Source of the DNA: a virus
Taxonomy: Duplodnaviria; Caudoviricetes
Strand: one strand, 5' to 3'
DNA length: 37,140 nucleotides
Virus record (IMG/VR): IMGVR_UViG_3300028422_001987
Span: 1-37,140 of that record
The position numbers and the translations under genes were made by a program. Below the pieces are notes generated by a model that saw nothing but the letters and a program-made list of their open reading frames with translations, was not told where the DNA came from and did not search any database. Shown here in pieces: positions 26,258 through 36,431 of this stretch (the stretch's first letter is position 1; every line of letters begins with the position of its first letter).

Positions 26258-29200
26258 ATGTCCAATCAAGACCTCAACATACAGATCGTCATCTCCGCTC
26301 TCGATCTCGCAACCCGGGACATCGAAGGGGTCAACAAAAAGGTGCGGGAGCTAGGTGAGGCACTCACCACCAGCGGCTACACCCATGCCGCCGGACTGAT
26401 GGATCGATTCGGGGAGGCGGTCAAGGGAACTACAGAGCCGCTGGCCGCCGCGACGACAAAATCGCTAGCGCTAGCGGCAGCGCTAGACGCTGTGATAACA
26501 GCGCTCGCAATCAACGTACATCAGGCCGCCACCGGGTATGAGAGTGTGCTGTCCGGGCTGGCAAAAGTGTCCGAGAACGGTACCGAGGAAGCGCGCCAAT
26601 ATGGAGAACAATTAGATGTATTAGCGATCAAATACGGCGCAAATGGCGAGCGACTAGTCGATGCAATGACGTCGTTCAAGCAGGCCGGATTTGAGTCCGC
26701 AGACGCGATTGAGTTAGTAGAACGAGCCACACAGATGATGATCTCAGGCGAAATGGATGCCGCCGAATCATCCGCCAATCTCGTATCGATACTAAAAGGG
26801 TTCCGCGCCCCCGCCTCCGAAGCCGCGCATGTTGTTGATCTGCTCAATGAGGTCTCTAATCGTTACGCGACGGACGTGCGGCAGCTCTCAGATGGTATGG
26901 CTGGCATCAGCCCTATTGCCAAGGCAATGGGGTTTAGCCTCAGCGAAACTGCCGGGCTACTGACCCCAATAATCGAAGTGTACCAGTCGGGGGCCGAGGC
27001 CGCCGATGCACTCAAAATGGGTCTGCAGAGGTTGACTGACGATGCAACGCCGGTAACGGACGCATTAGCGCAGATCGGCGTATCCCAGACTGACGCCAAT
27101 GGAGCATTACGATCTGGGCGCGAGATATTCATCGACGTTGCGAGTGCCCTTGGGCAGTTGAGCGATGCTGAGAGACAGCAGGCAACAGCTCAGCTGGTGG
27201 GCATCGAGCAAGCGGGCCGCATGGCTGTAGTGTTTGGCGATTTAGCAAAGGTGATGGATGTTACCTCCGCCGCGGAAACATCGTCTGGCTCGGCGATGGC
27301 CGAGGTTTCGACGCGGATGGAGACCTCCGCCTCTAAGACGGCCCAGGCAGACGAAAAATATCGTCAACTGGCGGTCACTTTGGGCAACCAACTCAAGGAC
27401 GAAATCACCGGCGTTGTAACCGCCACCGGCACGTTGGCAGCGGCATTTGATGCTGCTGTCGAGTCCGGCAGTTTGTCCCCATTACTCGATGCAATACGGC
27501 CGCAAATCTCAGCACTCCAATCGCTCATAGAGGCGATGGCCTCCAACCTGGAACTCGCCATTGAAGGTGTCGACTGGTCGCCGTTGGTAGACGGCCTAAC
27601 GTCAGCCAGTGGCGAACTGGGAGAGCTGCTCAGTGCGTTGTTTGATGGGCTAGATTTGCGCACCGTAGACGGGTTGCGTAACGCAATCCAGTCTGTCGCA
27701 AACGTCACCGGGACGTTTGCACATTACGTAGCCGGGCTGCTCGATGGCCTAGAGCCGTTGGCAGACACCCTCTCATTAGTGTGGGAGGCGATGTCTCGCG
27801 GTCAATCCACCTTACCCAATATCATCGGCCAGATCGAGGGCCTTGGAACTAGCGCACACGTAGTTATCCCAGTTATAGCGCAGATTGCATCCACAGTATT
27901 TGGTACTGTCGGCACCCTGGCCGACTGGGCTGTAAAAATCGGATTGGCCGCCGCAGCTTGGCGACTGTTAGTAGCCGCCGGGGTGCCGGTGGGACCGCTG
28001 CTATCTACTATATCCAGCACCCTAACGTCCATGTTGCCGACGTTGCTATCTGTGGTAGGTAGGTTTACCGGTCTAACCGCCTCTATTCAGGGTCTGGCGG
28101 GTGCCGGTGCGTTGCTCATCGGGTACAACGTTGGGGGCGCGCTCCGCGAGTGGGCAATAGAGTCGGGTCAGGCTGCGGATGCCGGGCTGATAGCACGCAC
28201 GGCGTATCAGCTGCTAGCCACCGATGTTGAGCGACTGACCCATAGCATCCAGCAAAACCAAGGCAAGGCCGCTCAACATCTGGCAGAGATCAGCGAGCGG
28301 ACGGGTGTAGTGGTTGATAGCATGGATGACCTCAATCGAGCCGAAGCCGATGGGATATTGGTATTTGATCGCGCAACAGCGCAGTGGGTGCGCGCAAAAA
28401 CTGAGTTGCAACTGCTCGATGAAGCGAGTCAGCGGATGTTGGCAGATAGCGAAGCAATGCTGGCAGCACACCAACAAGAAGCCGATATCCTGACCGCGCT
28501 GACTCAAACCTTTGCGAGGGCCGGGCAGGCATTTGACGCAGCGACTGGCGCCGTTGGCGATCAAAACACCGCGGTTGAGCACGCGGTAGCGTTATCAAAG
28601 GCGTGGACAAAACAGCTGGAAGCGGAAGCTCAGGCGCACCAGCGGCAAACAAACCTCATCGACTCGGCGACGAAAGCGGCCGTCGCCGAGGCGACGTCGA
28701 ACGCTGATCTCATGACCCGACTCGGCAACGAGACTGCTGCACGGCACTATGCCGCCGACGCGATACAAGCCCAAGTTGACGGGACCAGGGCAAAAATCGA
28801 GACACTACAGTCAGCCGCCGAACTTGAGCGACAACATGCAGCCGAAATCCTCGATAAAGCCGGCGCATATGAAAAACTAACGGAGGTCGAAAAGCAGTCT
28901 AGGCAAGAGCTGATCGACAGTGCTAACGAAAAGTCAAATGACGCGGAGGCTCTGCGACATCAGGCTGATATGCAGGAGCGCCAGGCGGATGAGACTCGGC
29001 GGGGAGCGCAACAAACCAGACAGTCAACAGAGGCCAATGCTGAGCACGCGGAGTCCACTGATCAAGTGGCCGCCGGCATAGAGCGGGCCGCGGCGGCAGC
29101 CGCCGCCGGAGGCGGTCAATTTGACGCGCTGAGGGGCATCGTTGAGCGTGGGAGGCAGGAGCTGAGTCAATATGGTCAAGCGGGCCAGGTAGCGCTCGAT

Positions 29201-30067
29201 GATCTGATTGATACCATCACCATCAAGGGCGGCGGCGTCGGCAAATGGATGGACGATTTTGCCGATGGATTCCGCCAGATCGAGGCTCGTCTGTCCGAGG
29301 CGCAACAAGCGCAGTACGCCGGGGCATCTGTGCTGACGCAGCGGCTAGCATCGCTAGAGACGATTAGTAGTCGAGAGCTGTACGCAATCGAGCAAAGCGC
29401 TCGCGGGTTTGACATGCTCGATCAGCAAACGCTCTCCGGGATCACCTCAGAAGTGGAGCGTCTGCGCCGGGCAAATCAGCAATTGACCGATGAGTTGGAC
29501 AGCACGATCGCAGCTCTACAGGATGAGCTAGACAGGCTGACAGATAATCAGGATGCGATCGAGCAACGCGACTATGAAAAACGTCGGCGGGAGCTGCAAC
29601 AAACGGAGGATGAGGCACGTCAATCTGGCAACGACGAGGCCGCAGCACAAGCGGCAGAAGCCCTCCGGCTGCTGGACCAAGTGCATCAGCGCAAGATGCA
29701 GGATCTCGCCGATGAGCGGCAGGAGCGAGAGCGTACGGATCGGGAGCAAACGGAGCGTGAGAACGCCCGTGATACCAGCAGTCAACGGCCAGGAAGCAGT
29801 GGGCAGGGGGGGGGCGCCGGCCAGATACAGACTGCACGCCAGGATGCCGAGGCACTCGACGAGATCGACCGGGAATACTCCCAACGCCGCATCCAGCGGC
29901 GCGAGCGTGAGGCACGTGCGCTGCGCGAGGAGGCCGAGCGCACTGCACGCCACGTGGCCAACCTGGGCGGTGGAGAGCAGTCCCTGCTTCAAAGCGGCGA
30001 ATTCCTGCGGGGCCTGGCGCGGCGGCTTGAACCCGAGCTGGCGGCCATAGAGAGGCGCAAACGGTGA
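26258..30067 (+). CDS. Tail tape measure protein (TP901-like core)
   Basis: 1269 aa, Ala-rich and helical. VVDLLNEVSNRYATDV and SGAEAADALK. Central hydrophobic stretch. Confidence 0.93.
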   Translation: MSNQDLNIQIVISALDLATRDIEGVNKKVRELGEALTTSGYTHAAGLMDRFGEAVKGTTEPLAAATTKSLALAAALDAVITALAINVHQAATGYESVLSGLAKVSENGTEEARQYGEQLDVLAIKYGANGERLVDAMTSFKQAGFESADAIELVERATQMMISGEMDAAESSANLVSILKGFRAPASEAAHVVDLLNEVSNRYATDVRQLSDGMAGISPIAKAMGFSLSETAGLLTPIIEVYQSGAEAADALKMGLQRLTDDATPVTDALAQIGVSQTDANGALRSGREIFIDVASALGQLSDAERQQATAQLVGIEQAGRMAVVFGDLAKVMDVTSAAETSSGSAMAEVSTRMETSASKTAQADEKYRQLAVTLGNQLKDEITGVVTATGTLAAAFDAAVESGSLSPLLDAIRPQISALQSLIEAMASNLELAIEGVDWSPLVDGLTSASGELGELLSALFDGLDLRTVDGLRNAIQSVANVTGTFAHYVAGLLDGLEPLADTLSLVWEAMSRGQSTLPNIIGQIEGLGTSAHVVIPVIAQIASTVFGTVGTLADWAVKIGLAAAAWRLLVAAGVPVGPLLSTISSTLTSMLPTLLSVVGRFTGLTASIQGLAGAGALLIGYNVGGALREWAIESGQAADAGLIARTAYQLLATDVERLTHSIQQNQGKAAQHLAEISERTGVVVDSMDDLNRAEADGILVFDRATAQWVRAKTELQLLDEASQRMLADSEAMLAAHQQEADILTALTQTFARAGQAFDAATGAVGDQNTAVEHAVALSKAWTKQLEAEAQAHQRQTNLIDSATKAAVAEATSNADLMTRLGNETAARHYAADAIQAQVDGTRAKIETLQSAAELERQHAAEILDKAGAYEKLTEVEKQSRQELIDSANEKSNDAEALRHQADMQERQADETRRGAQQTRQSTEANAEHAESTDQVAAGIERAAAAAAAGGGQFDALRGIVERGRQELSQYGQAGQVALDDLIDTITIKGGGVGKWMDDFADGFRQIEARLSEAQQAQYAGASVLTQRLASLETISSRELYAIEQSARGFDMLDQQTLSGITSEVERLRRANQQLTDELDSTIAALQDELDRLTDNQDAIEQRDYEKRRRELQQTEDEARQSGNDEAAAQAAEALRLLDQVHQRKMQDLADERQERERTDREQTERENARDTSSQRPGSSGQGGGAGQIQTARQDAEALDEIDREYSQRRIQRREREARALREEAERTARHVANLGGGEQSLLQSGEFLRGLARRLEPELAAIERRKR

Positions 30068-33000
30068 GTACCCTGTTCCTGCACCAGGGGCGGAACCTTC
30101 TCCCTGGCGCCGAGCTGACCGCCTCCCACGTGCGCCCGTCGACGGCCATCGCCCTCAAGGAGACGCGCAAGACAGGCAACGGGCGCGTGCGTTTGGGCGG
30201 TGCATACACCGGCGCTGAGGACACCACCGTGGAAGTGGAGATCGTATCAACCGACGCCGGTGCGTCGCCGCAGGTCTCTTCCCCCCAATTCGCGGGCGCC
30301 GGCAACGGCACTCTGGAGGGGCTCGCAGTCGACGCTGGGGCTACTGCCGGCGTGTATACGATATCGCTAGTCGACCTCGGCATCGATACCCTGCACGCCT
30401 GGGCGATGCTGTATGGATACACTATTCGCGCCCGTAACCCGGGCGCGGACGGCAACACCATCCGCCTCTCCGTATCCACGGCCGGCATCGTGCGATCCGC
30501 GGCGCCATATAGCCTGCTCGCCGACCTCAGCGCTGGCGCCACTGGCGTTTCTGGTCCTGAGTACGACTGGGGCGCGCTGGCGCTGCTACCCTCCGGCGAG
30601 TTGCAGGCCGCAGCGCCGCGGATCTGCTTCGCCGCTGACCCTCAGCAGATTTATCGGCAATACAAACAGACGACGGACGGGGCGATTACCTACACCTTCG
30701 TGCCGGCGGTGGCCCGCTCCATTCCGGCTGGTACGGCGGTGCAGCTCGTGACCGGCACCTATACCGTGACCATCACGGACGGGGTGACCACCGAGACGCT
30801 CGCAGGCATCGTCACCCTCTACGACCTGCTCGCCGCGATCGTCCGCGATAGCAGCCTGCTGACCGTGGATGGCTCCTACTCAGCGGAGCGTCTGCCAGCC
30901 AGCCCAAACGCCAGGGATCTCCTCCTGCGCACCGAGAGCTACCAATTGCCGGTGCAGACATCTGGCTCCGAGTATGTCCGGGCCTCCGAGTTAAATAACC
31001 TCACTGTGCCTGCCGGTGCCCCCACGGAAAAGTTGAGCGTGGTGTGCATCGAGGCGAGCACCACCGGCGCTGAGGTGTGGTCCGTCATCGGATCCGTGAG
31101 CGGCGCGCTCCAACAGGCAACCAGCGGTGTGCCGTGGTCCAATGAGGGCTATGAGTTCACCATCCCGCGGCGCTTGCCGGAGGTGTCGGCGCCGCCGGGA
31201 CAGGTATGGATTTCTGATATCAACTACGCCGGCCGCGGTGATGGCGAGGTGTCGCCACCAGTGTGCCTGGATGAGCCGAGATTGGGGGCTGCGGCGCCCG
31301 CATCAATGACTCTGCGGCTGGTGTGGAAAGCCGTCCCAAACTACGGAGATTGTGCATGCGAAAACACCGCTTACACCGGCTCTCCCTCGGAGGAGTGCCT
31401 TGGGATCGAGCTGGAGGATGCCAACATGGGCCTTGACCCGACCTACCTGGCCAAACTGGAGGCGGTTACGTCCTGGCATCACGCTTTCGTCGCCGGCAAT
31501 GCGGTACTGTCCGCGGAGGGCGAAATCAAAGTGGCACAGCATGACGTGACGGCCGCCAACCGCGTGCGAGACGACGTGCTTTTGACAGTGCTCGCGGATA
31601 TCTTCGCGGCGGGTGTGCCGGCTGCTGCGGCGTTGACCGAGTTCGATGCGCTGCTGACCTTGGTCAGCAGCGACTTCGCCGCACTGAGCGGCATTGATAC
31701 CTTCGCTCTGCCGAGTGCCACGGACTTCACGAGCGTGCAACTCAGTCCAGGCGCGTCCTTCAACTTCACGACCAATAGCACCTATCGCCATGCTGATGGC
31801 TTCTTCAAGTGTCTTGCTGGCGGGGCCGTTACCAACAGTTCAGGGGGCACCAACACTTACGTGACCGTGAGTAGCGTGTCCAGCGGGTCCGGTCGTGGCG
31901 CAATCTTCCATCCGACGGGCAGTTATCTCTCAGGCACCAACGCGGTGGTGCTGGCCTATCTAGGCTCGGTCGATGAGATCGGATACCAAAAGGACCTGAG
32001 CGACCAAGTCGCCGCCTCTGGGCGAATTTCAGCGCAGATTGATTCCCTGGCCACCAAATACAAGTCCCGAGCGGATCACGTGCGTGTTAAAGCGGGTCTG
32101 CTCCCAAAAAAATCTGACGCCGGCACCGACGGAAGCGAGTGCTGGCAGCGCTATGACGACTACGGCTTTGAGGTCGAAGGAAACCAATACCTCTGGCTGT
32201 TCCCCAATCACTACTGGATGTCCGCACGCAGGGTCTACGATCCAGAAACCGGCTGGCGCATCGAACCGACCCGTGAGGTGGGTTTCGTGCTGAAAGTCGA
32301 ATGCCCTGAGTCACTGAAGCCGGGCGACACCGTGACGGTCGAGATCAGAAGCGACGGGATCTCCCTCGGGACCTACGCCCTAAACGATAGGTTCGAGATC
32401 TCGGTCATCCACGGTGCTCCCCTGTATTTGTCGGGTGGAGTCGATGGCAATGACACCCACACCTGGCGCGTAGACGGTCCCGCTGGACTGCTGCCGCCCT
32501 ATGCCGTGGTTCACAACAGCGAGGCCGCCTATAGCGCCGGCGGCCTGCATTTCCTTTTGCGGCGCGGTGCAGTGGCGAACGCTGTGGGCGATCAATGGCA
32601 GGTGGAGGTCACCGGCGGCCGGTGGCGGTGGCGCAAGGGGGGCGGCGCCTGGTCCGGCGAACAGCAGCTCACGACCGGTACGCAGGCGATTGTGGATGGA
32701 CTCCAGGCGACCTTCCAGGCGGGCGTGTCACCCAGTTGGGCGGCGGGTGACCTGTGGGTTTTCGCTGTCGAGCAGCCTCACGCGCCGGGTCATCTCCCGC
32801 ACCCAGATGACGAGCGCTGGGCGTGGGATGACGATGGTCGCACCGTCACCGCGTCATGGGCCACCCCGCAGGCATTCGACGCTCTGGCGGTCGCCCTGCA
32901 CAAACTGCCGGTCGGCGCAGTGGTGCAGGTCGACCGCTGGGACGGCGCGGCCTGGGTACCGGTGGCGACACTCGCGCAGCGCCGGGGGGCGATGGTCTCG

Positions 33001-33450
33001 CTGCTGCCCGAGGCGCTGGAGGTGCAGCAGCTCCGGTGGACCGTCTCCGGTGCCCCAGGCGCCGAGGTCGGCTGGCTGTTCGTCGGCCGTTCGGAGCGTG
33101 TATCGGAGCCGCAGGAGCTGCGCCTCTCCCGCGCCTACGCCGTGACTCGCTCCGGCGGCCTGCGCCCACGTAGCGCGTTTCTGGGACGCGGCGACGGCGG
33201 ATTGGTGGCGTGGCGCACCTGGGCCGATTGGTCGGATGCCGATGCCGTCCTGGCGATGGTCGACGGGCTCAAGGAGAGCGGCGATTGGCCGCTCGTGCTG
33301 GTGCCACATCACCTTCACCCGGGCGATGCCAGGCTCGTCCGCATCGCCACCGATCTCATCGAGGTCCAGGACGTATTCCAGTACCAGCAGGATGAGCAGC
33401 GGGTGCCGTCCCTCTCCATTGAGCTGCCGCTGGAGGCGGTCATCGAATGA
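30064..33450 (+). CDS. Large tail tip/structural protein
   Basis: 1128 aa, beta-rich, GTGA-coupled to the tape measure. Confidence 0.8.
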   Translation: MSTLFLHQGRNLLPGAELTASHVRPSTAIALKETRKTGNGRVRLGGAYTGAEDTTVEVEIVSTDAGASPQVSSPQFAGAGNGTLEGLAVDAGATAGVYTISLVDLGIDTLHAWAMLYGYTIRARNPGADGNTIRLSVSTAGIVRSAAPYSLLADLSAGATGVSGPEYDWGALALLPSGELQAAAPRICFAADPQQIYRQYKQTTDGAITYTFVPAVARSIPAGTAVQLVTGTYTVTITDGVTTETLAGIVTLYDLLAAIVRDSSLLTVDGSYSAERLPASPNARDLLLRTESYQLPVQTSGSEYVRASELNNLTVPAGAPTEKLSVVCIEASTTGAEVWSVIGSVSGALQQATSGVPWSNEGYEFTIPRRLPEVSAPPGQVWISDINYAGRGDGEVSPPVCLDEPRLGAAAPASMTLRLVWKAVPNYGDCACENTAYTGSPSEECLGIELEDANMGLDPTYLAKLEAVTSWHHAFVAGNAVLSAEGEIKVAQHDVTAANRVRDDVLLTVLADIFAAGVPAAAALTEFDALLTLVSSDFAALSGIDTFALPSATDFTSVQLSPGASFNFTTNSTYRHADGFFKCLAGGAVTNSSGGTNTYVTVSSVSSGSGRGAIFHPTGSYLSGTNAVVLAYLGSVDEIGYQKDLSDQVAASGRISAQIDSLATKYKSRADHVRVKAGLLPKKSDAGTDGSECWQRYDDYGFEVEGNQYLWLFPNHYWMSARRVYDPETGWRIEPTREVGFVLKVECPESLKPGDTVTVEIRSDGISLGTYALNDRFEISVIHGAPLYLSGGVDGNDTHTWRVDGPAGLLPPYAVVHNSEAAYSAGGLHFLLRRGAVANAVGDQWQVEVTGGRWRWRKGGGAWSGEQQLTTGTQAIVDGLQATFQAGVSPSWAAGDLWVFAVEQPHAPGHLPHPDDERWAWDDDGRTVTASWATPQAFDALAVALHKLPVGAVVQVDRWDGAAWVPVATLAQRRGAMVSLLPEALEVQQLRWTVSGAPGAEVGWLFVGRSERVSEPQELRLSRAYAVTRSGGLRPRSAFLGRGDGGLVAWRTWADWSDADAVLAMVDGLKESGDWPLVLVPHHLHPGDARLVRIATDLIEVQDVFQYQQDEQRVPSLSIELPLEAVIE

Positions 33451-33791
33451 TCTGGCGCTGGCTCTACATTGCTACCGAACCAGCCGTCGAGATCTATTCG
33501 GGCGGCGCGTTCCCGGTTTCGCTCCTAACCGCGCCGCTGCGATTGCCACGGCTCATCGCCCTCGATCCGGTGCGCGGCGGCGCCCGTCTGGGCGGCGGCG
33601 CCGAGGCGCCGACAGCTGGCGCCACTCTGGCGAACGGCGATGGGGCACTCTCGCGGCGTTGGGCAGTGCCGCCGCTCGGCGCCCGGGCCGAAGTGCGGGC
33701 AGAGATCGACGGGGAGGTGGTGGTGCTCGCTGAGGGCCGCGTAGTGGCGGTGGAGTGCGGCGCAGAGGCGCGCGTGGAGATCGAGTCGTGA
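33447..33791 (+). CDS. Tail protein
   Basis: ATGA-coupled within the tail operon. Confidence 0.7.
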   Translation: MIWRWLYIATEPAVEIYSGGAFPVSLLTAPLRLPRLIALDPVRGGARLGGGAEAPTAGATLANGDGALSRRWAVPPLGARAEVRAEIDGEVVVLAEGRVVAVECGAEARVEIES

Positions 33792-34372
33792 CCCTGCTCA
33801 CCCTGCCAGACAAAGTTCCCCTGCGTACCACCGCGGTGTGGGGCGAATTCGCCGAGCTGGGGGCGCTCCCATGGGTGTGGGGTCGCCGCGATATCCAGCC
33901 GGTGCCGTACGACCGCACAGGCCGCTGGTATCTCGTCGCCGATCACGTCTGCGCCGGCCTGGACCGGGTGGAGCGCGCCGGCGTGGTCACCACCGCCCCG
34001 CGTCTCACAAACACCACCGACCGCACCGGCCACGCTGTGGCACTCCTCGATCTCGGCACCCCACTGCGCCTAGGCGAGAGCCTGCGGGTGTGGGTGCGCG
34101 GCCGGCTTCACCCCCGCACTGGTGCGTTGATCACCAACCCTGCCGATCTGCTGTGGGATCTCCTGGCTAACCTCTGCGGCCTGGACATCCAGCCCGCACG
34201 CCTCGACGACTTCCGCGCCGAATGCGCTGCAGCGGGACTGGAGGCGAGCGGTGTGCTCTCCGATAGCTCACAGACCGTGCGTTCTGCGCTAGATGATATC
34301 TGCAACTCCGTGGGCGCGATCTGGTCGCTGCGGCGCCAGGGCATCGCCCGCCTCTATCCACCTGAGTGGTGA
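33788..34372 (+). CDS. Tail tip/hub protein, N-terminal part
   Basis: GTG at 33788. LPWVWG, YLVADH and LITNPADLLWDLL resemble tail tip J-like motifs. Confidence 0.7.
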   Translation: MTLLTLPDKVPLRTTAVWGEFAELGALPWVWGRRDIQPVPYDRTGRWYLVADHVCAGLDRVERAGVVTTAPRLTNTTDRTGHAVALLDLGTPLRLGESLRVWVRGRLHPRTGALITNPADLLWDLLANLCGLDIQPARLDDFRAECAAAGLEASGVLSDSSQTVRSALDDICNSVGAIWSLRRQGIARLYPPEW

Positions 34373-34380
34373 CCTGCCCC

Positions 34381-35868
34381 ATGACCGTGATTTACCACGT
34401 CCAAGATTTTGTGAGAGCAACGTTATTAGAGGCCGTCAGCGCCGCCACTAGCACCTTGGTAGTGCAGCCGTTTGATGGAGAGTACGCGACCCCGGCCGCG
34501 GTACCAGAGGGTGTGATGGCAGTGTTGGTGATATCCGATGGTCTCTCAACACCCGAGGTGGTGACCTATACCGGCGTTAGTGGGAGTGGGCCGTACACGC
34601 TGACAGGGGTAGAGCGAGGACAATGTGGATCTACGGCGCATGCCTGGGGCAGTGGCGCCGAAGTGGCCAGCGACGTGGTATCGACACTGATAAATCGGTG
34701 GGAGGAGCACGTAACGGCGGCAGGCAATCCGCATAACACAACATTAGATGACCTCGGCATCGTGCCGATACCGGTCAAGGCGTTGGGAGATTTGGCAGAT
34801 CCGGTGCTACACGCTCCGCTGGTTTGGTCTACCGAGTTGGCAGTTGGGAGCGGATCCATCACATCCCAGCGCGCTACAACTGCCACGTATGTCGATCGCG
34901 GCGGGATCATCCGAACAGCAGCGATCAATGCGCCGCGATTTGAGTCAGCTGGTCTGCTAATTGAGGGGGCGTCGTCAAATAGTTGTTTGTACTCTGCTGA
35001 TTTCAGCGCAGCGGCCTGGCTACGGCTCTATAACTGCGCCGTGCAAGTCAATACACGGGCGGCGCCCGACGGCACCACAAATGCTGATACGTTGGTGTTT
35101 GACGGTACGCAGTATGGCCAAATCACGCAGTCAGTAGCTGGCTACACAATAGGCACCACGGTGACGATTAGTGTGTATGCGCTGGCTGATACGCAAGGCG
35201 CCACGTTTGCCGTGTGGTGTGCGGGAGTATATTTAGGTGATATGGCGCCAACGTCAACATGGCGACGATACCAATGGCAATCGACGCTGACTGGTACCAC
35301 CGCATCACTGACGATTGTGTCGCATGTATCGGCGCGAGTGTATGTGTGGGGTGCACAGATAGAGGTAAAACACTATGCAACCAGTTATATACAAACGTCG
35401 GATGCACCCGTCACTCGCGCCGCCGATCTGATCTATTTGTCGTCTGACAATTGGCCGGTAGATAGTTATACAGTAGTCGTAGATGTTGACCACATCGATG
35501 TTGGCCATGTGGGCGGTCACCGCATATATCAGGTGATGGGCGCAACAAATCAGTTATTTGGCGTGCAAGCGGGCTCGGGCGCGCTGGTGGGGTGGCACAA
35601 CAGCACCACTCCGGTCACCTCATCTCCGACCATATTGCAGGCGGGATTGACCTATCGAGCTGGGTACGTTGTTGACGGATATGCGTCGCAGCGTGTGTAC
35701 CTAGACGGGGTGTTGGTAGGCGCTCAAAGTGGGGGCGCGCCGCCTAGCGGCTCGCCATATATCGTGTACCTCGGATCAAATAGCTCAACGATTCCTCTTG
35801 ATGGACATTTGCGCAATCTGCGCATTTACGATAGAGCGTTATCCGCCGATGTACTGAGGATTGCATGA
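34381..35868 (+). CDS. Tail fibre/receptor-binding protein with carbohydrate-binding and LamG-like domains
   Basis: RATTATYVD...PRFE..GLLIEG...WGAQIE...ATSYI.T....VTRAAD, ending GHLRNLRIYDRALS. Confidence 0.8.
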   Translation: MTVIYHVQDFVRATLLEAVSAATSTLVVQPFDGEYATPAAVPEGVMAVLVISDGLSTPEVVTYTGVSGSGPYTLTGVERGQCGSTAHAWGSGAEVASDVVSTLINRWEEHVTAAGNPHNTTLDDLGIVPIPVKALGDLADPVLHAPLVWSTELAVGSGSITSQRATTATYVDRGGIIRTAAINAPRFESAGLLIEGASSNSCLYSADFSAAAWLRLYNCAVQVNTRAAPDGTTNADTLVFDGTQYGQITQSVAGYTIGTTVTISVYALADTQGATFAVWCAGVYLGDMAPTSTWRRYQWQSTLTGTTASLTIVSHVSARVYVWGAQIEVKHYATSYIQTSDAPVTRAADLIYLSSDNWPVDSYTVVVDVDHIDVGHVGGHRIYQVMGATNQLFGVQAGSGALVGWHNSTTPVTSSPTILQAGLTYRAGYVVDGYASQRVYLDGVLVGAQSGGAPPSGSPYIVYLGSNSSTIPLDGHLRNLRIYDRALSADVLRIA

Positions 35869-36431
35869 TGCGCGACGCCATCTATTATGCTGTTGACGGC
35901 TCTCTCTTCAACGCTACAGATTTTCCAGTGGCAGACAAAATCGTAGTTTCTAGTCGGCTGGGGGAAGCTGAGGCTATCGCGCTGCTCCGCCTATTGCCAC
36001 AGCAAGAGGCGGCCCTCGCCGAATTCCCAGGGATTGTGGAGCTGGGCACATTCGGCGAGGTGTTCGCAGACCCGGCCAAGCTAGAGGTCTACGACCGGAT
36101 ATATTCGCGAGTGTCCTATGATGTGGAAGGACCCGCCGGCCCGGTCACGGTGTACCCGCCTGCGAGGTTCGGGTCCTTCGGCCCCCTTCCTGAGACCATC
36201 CGGGAGATATCCGGCACCGCATTCCTGCGGCGGTTCACAGCACTGGAGCGGATTGCTGTATACCAAGCAGAAGCCAACGACCCGGTAATCCGGGACTTCT
36301 TCGAGCTGCTTCGCGTCACGTCCGCGGCCGGCCCGATCCAACTGGATGACACCGACGTAGCGGCCGGGCTTGACTATCTCGCGACCGTCGGCATCCTGGC
36401 GGCACACCGCCCGGCCGAGATCCGTGCGTGA
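35865..36431 (+). CDS. Fibre-associated protein/chaperone
   Basis: ATGA-coupled. C-terminal FLRRFTALERIA...IQLDD....GLDYL...GIL...R..EI. Confidence 0.7.
   Translation: MMRDAIYYAVDGSLFNATDFPVADKIVVSSRLGEAEAIALLRLLPQQEAALAEFPGIVELGTFGEVFADPAKLEVYDRIYSRVSYDVEGPAGPVTVYPPARFGSFGPLPETIREISGTAFLRRFTALERIAVYQAEANDPVIRDFFELLRVTSAAGPIQLDDTDVAAGLDYLATVGILAAHRPAEIRA

Noticed and set aside
29806-29814. G9 tract in the tape measure as a phase-variation site
   Set aside because: It encodes a Gly linker, the frame is intact, and there is no sign of variation.
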